The position numbers were made by a program, and so were the translations under genes. Shown one piece after another: positions 56,651 through 64,000 of a DNA stretch of 64,000 nt (position 1 is the first letter of the stretch; the number at the start of each line of letters is the position of its first letter). The DNA is from Candidatus Omnitrophota bacterium (GTDB taxonomy: Bacteria > Omnitrophota > Gorgyraeia > B26-G9): contig JACQZH010000021.1 of NCBI GenBank assembly GCA_016213925.1, forward strand, positions 6,295 through 70,294, read 5' to 3'. The notes under the pieces are model-generated. The model was given only the letters and a program-made list of their open reading frames with translations, searched no databases and was not told the origin of the DNA.

Positions 56651-58583
56651 ATGCAAAAAGCAATTTGATGATACATGGCAGGTATGTATAAATTGTAATG
56701 AACGGTTGGTAATTGCCGAGCTGGAAAATTTCCCCCTTAAACTGCAGGAAGAATTTAAAGCTTTAACGGTTTTAGCGGAATCGATTAATAAACGGATTAA
56801 GGTGCTGGAAAAAGATTTAATAACGGCGGCTGGATATCTGAAACCGGTTAGCAATGTGAATGTGTTGAAAAGCGCGGGGCAGGCGGAAATTGCCGCGCCA
56901 GTAAAAAAAGAACTTCCGGAAAAGCAAAGCGATGAAAAAGATTATTCCCTGGAGAGTAAAATCGGGAGGGTATGGTTTAACCGTATTGGAATTATGGCGG
57001 TAACTTTAGGGATGGCATTTTTCTTAAAATACGCTTTTGATAATAACTGGATCGGAGAACTGGGGCGTGTTGTATTAGGCCTTTTGGCGGGTTTTGCGAT
57101 GATTATTTGCGGGGAATTGACTCATAGGAAAAAATACAAGGTATTTTCCGAAGGATTTATTACCGGAGGCGCGTCTATACTGTATTTGTCTATCTATGCG
57201 GCAGTTAACTTTTACAAATTAATCGGGGCTATGCCGGGATTTGGCTTTATGGCGATGGTTACCTTGTTTGCCGCTGTTTTCGCGGTACGTTTTGATTCGC
57301 CCAGGGTGATTATTTTTAGTATTATCGGCGGATTTTTGACCCCGTTTCTTATAACTATTGAGGGAGCAGGCATTGTCCCGTTGTTTGCGTACATACTGCT
57401 GCTTGATATGGGAATCCTTTGTGTGAGTTATTTTAAAAAATGGGAACATTGTAATTTAATCGCGCTGTTGCTTACATATTTTACTTATACCAGCTGGCAT
57501 TCAATGGGCCAATATAAAGGAGAGTATTTTTTTATCGTGGAATGTTTTATCACGGGTTATTTTTTGCTTTTTTCCCTGGTAGCGGTTTTGTACAATTTTG
57601 CGCGTAATCAGAAAGCTACTTCCGGCGACGCTGCGGTTATAATTTTTAACGGGATATTTTACTTTTTGGCAAATTACGCCTTATTAACCCAAAGGAAAAT
57701 ATTTTTAGGCCATATCGGTTTTTTCGCTATCGCGCTTGCTGCGGCCTATCTTGTTTTTGCCTACAGTTCTTTCGTAAGGACAAATCCAAAGGACAGGAAG
57801 CTTATTTTTTCATATTTAAGCCTAACGCTGCTTTTCGCCACGGTTTCTTTACCGCTTGAATTGAGGCATCACTGGCTAGTGGCTGGTTTTATTATAGAGT
57901 CAACAATCCTGGTTTGGCTGGGATTTAAAATTCAAAGCAAGGCAATCAGATATACCGGCCTGGGCTTAGCGGTTATCGCGTTACTAAGGCTTATGTCGAT
58001 ATATTTTCCATATTGTATTGATAGTCAGGGGGCGCATTCATTTCTAGGTATTTTTAACAGGAGATTCCTGACTTATTTTGTTTTAACTACTGGAATTTTC
58101 GCCAGCAGCTATCTTTATAAGAGCAATAAATCTTTGCTTGATAACAATGAAAAATGGATGGCGACTTTACTCTCTCTTTGCGCGGTTTTTGTTCTTTTTG
58201 TAAATCTGACTATTGAGATTGCATATTATTTTGCGCATTTAGCGCATATGGAAAACATACCGGATGCCGGGGCATATCCGCTGAAAAGAATGGGCAGGGA
58301 TATGTTGAGGAATATGGAGCAGTTTTCTATTTCCGCGATGTGGGCGGTATATTCTTTAGGGTTAATCATTATCGGTATTGTTAAAAAATTCAGGGCGCTA
58401 AGGATAATGGCGCTAATACTATTGGCTGCGACGATATTTAAGGTGTTTTTGTTTGATATCTCCGGTTTGGCAAAAATCTGGAGGATTTTATCATTTATGG
58501 GGCTGGGGTGCGTGCTGATCGGCGTATCATTTATATATCAGAAATATAAAGATAAAATTTCCGGCCTGATCGGAAAAAATTAG
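56634..58583 (+). CDS. DUF2339 multi-pass membrane protein with N-terminal zinc ribbon
   Basis: CxxC...CxxC, LE.KIG..WFNRIG, many TM helices and KVFLFD...RI.SF. Confidence 0.85.
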   Translation: MKYCIKCKKQFDDTWQVCINCNERLVIAELENFPLKLQEEFKALTVLAESINKRIKVLEKDLITAAGYLKPVSNVNVLKSAGQAEIAAPVKKELPEKQSDEKDYSLESKIGRVWFNRIGIMAVTLGMAFFLKYAFDNNWIGELGRVVLGLLAGFAMIICGELTHRKKYKVFSEGFITGGASILYLSIYAAVNFYKLIGAMPGFGFMAMVTLFAAVFAVRFDSPRVIIFSIIGGFLTPFLITIEGAGIVPLFAYILLLDMGILCVSYFKKWEHCNLIALLLTYFTYTSWHSMGQYKGEYFFIVECFITGYFLLFSLVAVLYNFARNQKATSGDAAVIIFNGIFYFLANYALLTQRKIFLGHIGFFAIALAAAYLVFAYSSFVRTNPKDRKLIFSYLSLTLLFATVSLPLELRHHWLVAGFIIESTILVWLGFKIQSKAIRYTGLGLAVIALLRLMSIYFPYCIDSQGAHSFLGIFNRRFLTYFVLTTGIFASSYLYKSNKSLLDNNEKWMATLLSLCAVFVLFVNLTIEIAYYFAHLAHMENIPDAGAYPLKRMGRDMLRNMEQFSISAMWAVYSLGLIIIGIVKKFRALRIMALILLAATIFKVFLFDISGLAKIWRILSFMGLGCVLIGVSFIYQKYKDKISGLIGKN

Positions 58584-58596
58584 ATAGGAGGCGGTT

Positions 58597-59961
58597 ATGT
58601 GCCGAAGTAATTTATATTTAAGAAGAACGATTGTTTTTGCCGCGGTTTTAATAGTGAATTTTCTTTTTCCCTCTCAATCAAAAGCCGGATTTTCCGTTAC
58701 GGACTGGAAATATTATAAAAGCATAGATCAAAACGCTCTTGGCGAAGGCAAAAATTACCGGGTGGCAGCGGATAAGGAGATTTATAAAGGATCGCATCCC
58801 GGGTTGAATGATTTACGCGTAGTTATTGATGATGAATTTGAAGTTCCGTATGAAATATTTATTTTTAGGGAAGAAAAAAAGAGCTTGAATATGGTTGTAG
58901 AAGTTCTTGAAAATTATACCGGCTATAAAAAAGAGAATATTGTTGTCGTTGATTTAGGCGAAGCCGTCCGGGAAAATAATAAATTAACATTGGAAATAGC
59001 TGATAGTAATTTTGGCAGGAGGGTGATGGTTGAAGGCAGTGAAGATAAATTAAAATGGGGACTGCTTGCGAAAGATAAATATATATATGACTTTAATTTT
59101 GGCTCAAATGCTTCTGATGAGTTCGGCAGGATTAAATGGCATCGCGGGATAGATTATCAATATAGCGCGGAATTCGCTTCAGACGGCTCGTCAAGAGATA
59201 CTGCAGTTATATATAAAAAAAATAAAATGCGTTACCTGAAAATCACTGTTTTCGGGGCCAAAGATGAGGAACCTCTGGAAATCAGTAAAGTTAAGATTGA
59301 TAGTTTTGATACTATCGCGGCAGAAGAAACTAAATATACATGCTTGATTAAAGAGCAGAAGGTTAACCGGGAACAGAAAAGTTCCGAGGTTGTGCTTGAT
59401 TTTGAAGTTGAAAATATTCCTTTATCCCGGCTTGAAATCGCGCTAAGCAGTAAGAATTATTATAGGACGGTTTTTGTCCAGGGCAGTAATGATTTAAAAG
59501 AATGGAAACAGGTGGCAAGAGACGATATTTTTGATTATAGTATTGAAAATTTCGAAGCTTCAAAGAAGACAATAGTTTTTGCCGAGCCGCAATTCCGTTA
59601 TTTTAAATTGGTTATTCTTAATAAAGACAGCTTGCCGGTTAAGGTCAGTTCAGTTACAGGATTTGCTTTAGATAGAAGTATTGTGTTCCCTAAAGAGAAA
59701 GCAGGTGAATTGAAGATTTATTATGGGAATCTTCAGGCGGAAAAGCCGGTATATGATTATACCCGGTTCGTTAGAAAAATCGATCCGCGTAATTTAACGG
59801 TATTGCCTTTGGGAGCGCAGATTGATAATCCGGCATATGTTTTCAAAAAGGTTCATAAGCCCTGGACTGAAGAAAGGCCGTATTTGCTTTGGCTAACGCT
59901 TGGGGTGATAGTGCTGGTATTAGTATTTCTTGTCGCAGCCATGGTAAAAAAGGTTAACTAA
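58597..59961 (+). CDS. DUF3999-like exported, C-terminally anchored protein
   Basis: Signal peptide, DLRV...EVPY, YYGN...P.YD and a C-terminal TM helix; usual partner of DUF2339. Confidence 0.7.
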   Translation: MCRSNLYLRRTIVFAAVLIVNFLFPSQSKAGFSVTDWKYYKSIDQNALGEGKNYRVAADKEIYKGSHPGLNDLRVVIDDEFEVPYEIFIFREEKKSLNMVVEVLENYTGYKKENIVVVDLGEAVRENNKLTLEIADSNFGRRVMVEGSEDKLKWGLLAKDKYIYDFNFGSNASDEFGRIKWHRGIDYQYSAEFASDGSSRDTAVIYKKNKMRYLKITVFGAKDEEPLEISKVKIDSFDTIAAEETKYTCLIKEQKVNREQKSSEVVLDFEVENIPLSRLEIALSSKNYYRTVFVQGSNDLKEWKQVARDDIFDYSIENFEASKKTIVFAEPQFRYFKLVILNKDSLPVKVSSVTGFALDRSIVFPKEKAGELKIYYGNLQAEKPVYDYTRFVRKIDPRNLTVLPLGAQIDNPAYVFKKVHKPWTEERPYLLWLTLGVIVLVLVFLVAAMVKKVN

Positions 59962-60044
59962 TCCAGGTGGAGGCTTTAATATTAAAATTTATCCGGAGTA
60001 AATTTTCAAGATAAGATACTATTAAAAAGAGAAAGTGATAAGCT

Positions 60045-60737
60045 GTGAAAGAAAAGATATTAATCGTCGAGGATGAAAAAGATATAGTCAAAATGCTTGA
60101 TTATAACTTAAAAAAAGAGGGGTTTAGGCCGCTGGCTGTCTGCGACGGAGAACATGCCCTGGATTTAGCAACCAGGGAACAGCCGGGCCTGGTTATTTTA
60201 GATTTAATGTTACCGGGTATGGATGGTTTAGAGGTTTGCAAGAATCTTAAAAAGGACGCTAAGACCGCGTCTATTCCGGTCATTATGCTTACCGCGAAAA
60301 GCCAGGAATCGGATAAGGTGATAGGGCTTGAGCTGGGAGCGGATGATTATGTAACAAAACCGTTTAGCCCAAGAGAATTGATTGCCAGGATAAAAGCGGT
60401 ATTGCGGCGCGTGAAAGAAAAAGATAAACTGCCGGAGGTATTGAAAACAGGGGATTTAATTATTGATTTATCTAAGATTACAGCGTCTGTTAAAGGTAAA
60501 CCGGTTGAGCTTACGGCAAAGGAATTTGAGCTTCTAAAGGCGCTGATAAAAGCAAAGGGCAGGGTTTTGTCTCGGGATTACCTGCTTGATAACATCTGGG
60601 GTTTTGAACATTCGATGGGGATTCAGACGCGTACTGTGGATGTTCATATCAGGACATTGCGTAAGAAGTTGAAAAATGAGTCAAAACGGATTGTCACAGT
60701 AAAAAATTACGGATACAGATTCGACGATGAAGATTAG
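60045..60737 (+). CDS. phoB: PhoB/PhoP-type response regulator
   Basis: OmpR-family REC + winged helix; upstream of a PhoR-like kinase and pstS. Confidence 0.85.
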   Translation: MKEKILIVEDEKDIVKMLDYNLKKEGFRPLAVCDGEHALDLATREQPGLVILDLMLPGMDGLEVCKNLKKDAKTASIPVIMLTAKSQESDKVIGLELGADDYVTKPFSPRELIARIKAVLRRVKEKDKLPEVLKTGDLIIDLSKITASVKGKPVELTAKEFELLKALIKAKGRVLSRDYLLDNIWGFEHSMGIQTRTVDVHIRTLRKKLKNESKRIVTVKNYGYRFDDED

Positions 60738-62499
60738 AAATTTTAAGTTAAAACTGATTTTTTCATATATTTTCATAATTATAATTTCTTTCGGATTTGT
60801 AGCCTTCTTATTAGAAAGGAACCTGGAAGATAACTCGTTTAATAATATCAAAAGTTCGCTGATTAATCAGGCGCTCCTTGTGGAAAATCAAATTACCGCT
60901 GAGCGGGTTAAGAAAGAAGATACCGGGTATTTATGCCCGCTGGTTACTTCCTTGGGGCAGAAGATTAAATGCCGTATTACTATTATTAATAAACTTGGAA
61001 AAGTCTTGGCAGATTCAGAAAAACCCCAGGGAGAAATTTTACAGATGGAGAGCCATCTTTACCGGCCGGAGGTTATCATGGCTTTAGCTGGTACAATTGG
61101 GGTTGATGCCCGCTATTCATCGACGCTAAAGAAGGATATGTTATACACGGCTTTACCTATAAAAGAAAACGAGGAAATTATCGGAGCGGTAAGGCTGGCG
61201 CTTCCTCTTGAGAGCGTGGAAAAAACATTAGGAGAGATTAAAAAGGCAGTTTTGCACGGCCTGATTTTTGCCATAGTTCTTGCTTTTGTCCTGGGCACAA
61301 CAATCGCGGCGCGGACTATACGGTTGATTAACAGGATTATCCGGGCTTCTCGTAAATTTTCTAAAGGAGACTTCAGCAGCAGGATTATACAATCTTCTAA
61401 TGATGAGATCGGGGAACTTGCCGTGACTTTAAACCAAATGGCGCAGGATATCGAAGATAAAATTAAGCAAGTTAAGGCGCGGGATCAGAAATTAGGCGCT
61501 ATTTTTAACAGCATGATCGAAGGGGTTATTGTTATAGATAAAGCGGGGCAAATAGTTTCTGTTAATCCAAGCATTGAAAAAATATTCGGAATCTTAAATA
61601 AAGATGCCGCGGGAAAAAGTTTCTTGGAGGCAATACGCAATAGCGATATCGCGCAAATCGTCAGCGCGGTATTAGAAAAAGGAAAGCCTCTATCAAACGA
61701 GATAGCGTTTATTTATCCGGTGCGCAGGGTGTTTGAGGTTAACGCTACGCCGATTTTTGATAATAATCTTATCAGCGGGTGCCTGGCGGTTGTGCATGAT
61801 ATAACCGAGATAAGAAGATTGGAGACGATACGCAGGGATTTTGTGGCTAATGTTTCTCATGAGTTAAAAACACCGCTTACTTCAATAAAAGGTTTTGTGG
61901 AGACTCTTCTTGAGGGCGCTTTGGATGATAAGGAAAATAACCGGAATTTTCTTAAGATTATCCAGGCCCATAGCGAACGCCTTAACAGCTTGGTCGAGGA
62001 TTTACTATCCTTATCGCATCTTGAATCTAAAGAAATAACTCTGAATAAGAAAAGTTTTGATTTAAGGCTGCTGCTTGAAGAGGTGATTTCCGGAGTTAAG
62101 TCGCAATTAAAAAAGATGAATATTGAAATAAGGAACGACATTCCTGCCGGCATTGGCGTAGCTGCCGATAAAGACAGGATTAGCCAGGTATTTACCAATC
62201 TTATTGATAACGCGGTAAAATTTAATAAAAAAAACGGCTTTATCCGGATATATGCCCAGGAAGTAAGTGGAAAAATTAAAGTTTACGTGGAGGACTCGGG
62301 AATCGGCATTCCTGAAAAAGATGTTTTGCGTATTTTTGAGCGTTTTTACCGCGTAGACAAAGCGCGTTCGCGCGAACTCGGCGGCACCGGCCTCGGCCTT
62401 TCTATTGTTAAGCACATTGTCGAGCTCCATAGCGGCAGTGTAGGCGTGGAGAGCATTGAAGGTTTTGGTTCAAAGTTTTGGTTTATTCTCCCCAAATAG
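60727..62499 (+). CDS. phoR: PhoR-type sensor histidine kinase (HAMP-PAS-HisKA-HATPase)
   Basis: DFVANVSHELKTPLT and RVDKARSRELGGTGLGL motifs. Confidence 0.88.
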   Translation: MKIRNFKLKLIFSYIFIIIISFGFVAFLLERNLEDNSFNNIKSSLINQALLVENQITAERVKKEDTGYLCPLVTSLGQKIKCRITIINKLGKVLADSEKPQGEILQMESHLYRPEVIMALAGTIGVDARYSSTLKKDMLYTALPIKENEEIIGAVRLALPLESVEKTLGEIKKAVLHGLIFAIVLAFVLGTTIAARTIRLINRIIRASRKFSKGDFSSRIIQSSNDEIGELAVTLNQMAQDIEDKIKQVKARDQKLGAIFNSMIEGVIVIDKAGQIVSVNPSIEKIFGILNKDAAGKSFLEAIRNSDIAQIVSAVLEKGKPLSNEIAFIYPVRRVFEVNATPIFDNNLISGCLAVVHDITEIRRLETIRRDFVANVSHELKTPLTSIKGFVETLLEGALDDKENNRNFLKIIQAHSERLNSLVEDLLSLSHLESKEITLNKKSFDLRLLLEEVISGVKSQLKKMNIEIRNDIPAGIGVAADKDRISQVFTNLIDNAVKFNKKNGFIRIYAQEVSGKIKVYVEDSGIGIPEKDVLRIFERFYRVDKARSRELGGTGLGLSIVKHIVELHSGSVGVESIEGFGSKFWFILPK

Positions 62500-62511
62500 T
62501 ACCTCGGAAAT

Positions 62512-62565
62512 TTTACCCACAATTAACTTCTATTTGAAGCAGATTTAATATCACTATTATATACT
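62512..62565 (+). promoter_or_regulatory. Degenerate Pho-box array plus -10 element
   Basis: tttacc/ttaact/ttgaag/ttaata at 11-bp spacing (62512, 62523, 62534, 62545), then TATACT. Confidence 0.55.
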
Positions 62566-62663
62566 TCTTTTGGAATTGAAAGAAAGGAGGTGATATGCTT
62601 TTTGAGTTTAGTTTGTGGTTCAGAGCCGAATCAAAAAAAATTGTAATTCTGAAAGGAGAGAAA

Positions 62664-63323
62664 ATGAAGAGGACGGTTTTTGCGATAATAGGATTAACTT
62701 TATTTTTAACAGCGAAAGCGCATGCTTATGATAATGGAGATTTTCAAATATGGAACACGGATTATGAAGAGATTAAACTAAACGATAAATCAAAGCTGGT
62801 TTTTGAGGAAGAGTTCCGTTGGGGTAACAAAGTCAGTGAATTTTACTATCAGCACTATGATGTTGGGTTCTTTTATGATTTCACAAAATGGTTCAATGCA
62901 GGAGGAGGTTATCGGCAGATCTACGAACTATATAAAGGTAAGTTTAGGCCGGATAATAATCCTTATTTAACTGCAACCTTATCCGGGGAAGTAAGTGGTT
63001 TTAAGTTTGACGATCGTAGCCGCATGGAGTACAACGACTTTGATTATAAGATGGATTTCTGGAGGTACCGCAATAAGTTTACTCTAAGATTCCCCTGGAA
63101 ATTCACTAGTTTCCAAATACAACCCGTTGTTTCAGATGAGATATTTATTGTTTTAGGGAGGCCTTCTACGCAGCTTAATCAAAATAGGCTCTCTGCAGGA
63201 CTTGGCTTTAATGTAGCTAAGAACGTAAAAGCTGAGATTTATTATATGTTGCAGAGCAGCAAAAGTACGGATAGATGGGTAGGTACCAACGTGCTGGGTG
63301 CGAAGTTAAAAATAGCGTTTTAA
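62664..63323 (+). CDS. DUF2490-like outer-membrane beta-barrel (alternative start at 62595)
   Basis: Signal peptide AHA|, R.R.E.., RYRNK, SDEIF, QNR..AG and terminal Phe. Confidence 0.8.
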   Translation: MKRTVFAIIGLTLFLTAKAHAYDNGDFQIWNTDYEEIKLNDKSKLVFEEEFRWGNKVSEFYYQHYDVGFFYDFTKWFNAGGGYRQIYELYKGKFRPDNNPYLTATLSGEVSGFKFDDRSRMEYNDFDYKMDFWRYRNKFTLRFPWKFTSFQIQPVVSDEIFIVLGRPSTQLNQNRLSAGLGFNVAKNVKAEIYYMLQSSKSTDRWVGTNVLGAKLKIAF

Positions 63324-63326
63324 GAT

Positions 63327-63354
63327 TTTACATAGATTTTACATTAACTTCACA
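63327..63354 (+). promoter_or_regulatory. Pho box (three TT(T/C)ACA direct repeats)
   Basis: tttaca 63327, tttaca 63338 and ttcaca 63349, upstream of pstS. Confidence 0.8.
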
Positions 63355-63451
63355 TGGAAATAATATAGGTAAAATATACTATAAAGAAAAGATGACACCC
63401 TGCGCTAATCGGAATTGCGCCGGTGTTGTGTCTGTACACAAGGAGGAAGAT

Positions 63452-64000
63452 ATGTTTAGAAAGTGGGTATTCGTTTTGATAATAGTTATGTTTGCGGCTT
63501 CTGCGTTTGCCGCGAAAGATAAAAATTCGATACAGGTCAAAGGTTCGGATACTATGGTTAATTTGGGCCAGGCCTGGGCTGAAAAATATATGGAGAAAAA
63601 TCCCGCGGATTTCGTGGCAGTTACAGGCGGGGGCTCAGGTACCGGTTTATCCAGCCTGCTTAGCGGCACTTGCGATATTGCCATGTCTTCAAGAAATATA
63701 AAGGAAAAAGAAATTACTCTTGCTAATCAGAAGGGTATAAATCCTAATGAAATAAAAGTCGCGCTGGATGGGCTTGCGGTTGTGGTAAATCCGGATAATC
63801 CGATAGATAAGCTTACCGTGGATCAGTTGGCGGGGATTTTTACGGGAAAAATTGTCAATTGGAAAACTCTTAGTGGCAGGGATGAAAAGATAGTTATACT
63901 TTCCCGGGAAGTTAATTCCGGGACACATGTGTATTTTAAAGAGCATGTGTTAAGAAAAAATGACCCGAATAATAAAGAAGAATTCGCGCCTCAAGCGTTG
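63452..64000 (+). CDS. pstS: Phosphate ABC transporter substrate-binding protein PstS (3' end outside the window)
   Basis: AGGAGG RBS; MFRKW...IQVKGSDTM...GGGSGTG...DIAMSSR...SRE.NSGT. Confidence 0.93.
   Translation, partial: MFRKWVFVLIIVMFAASAFAAKDKNSIQVKGSDTMVNLGQAWAEKYMEKNPADFVAVTGGGSGTGLSSLLSGTCDIAMSSRNIKEKEITLANQKGINPNEIKVALDGLAVVVNPDNPIDKLTVDQLAGIFTGKIVNWKTLSGRDEKIVILSREVNSGTHVYFKEHVLRKNDPNNKEEFAPQAL

Noticed and set aside
1125-63946. Numerous antisense and nested ORFs in the track
   Set aside because: They overlap well-supported genes and have no recognisable motifs.

Overview
A gene-dense, AT-rich bacterial chromosome segment from a diderm (TonB/ExbBD, beta-barrels, GT9). The gene set suggests an anaerobic PVC-type lineage such as Omnitrophota; this is an inference. 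Nearly all genes are on the + strand. In order: a TonB/ExbBD operon; gspJ/K/L-like genes; rsmD-coaD-pta-ackA-DUF177-rpmF-plsX-fabD-fabG-acpP-fabF; acyl-CoA dehydrogenase with EtfB and ferredoxin-fused EtfA; smc; a GAF-GGDEF gene; a DoxX-MenA-NDH2-peptidase-HemW-polyprenyl synthase cluster; an MshEN-like/CheX protein with three minor pilins; msrAB, radC, pgl, tpx, actP, efpL; MarR-DUF2339-DUF3999; and phoBR-DUF2490-pstS. The best candidate for novelty is an SMC protein with a complete AMPK-beta/CBM48-type glycogen-binding domain inserted in frame into its hinge. Other observations: two MITE families (one with 8-bp TSDs and covarying internal stems, one with TAA duplications and nested 20-nt palindromes), three ECF-sigma-type promoters, Pho-box arrays, an unannotated Cys-rich small ORF, and at least five apparent internal deletions in conserved genes that may be assembly or gap-removal artifacts. 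No rRNA, tRNA, CRISPR array or transposase was recognised. All family assignments come from motif recognition by eye; no database search was run.
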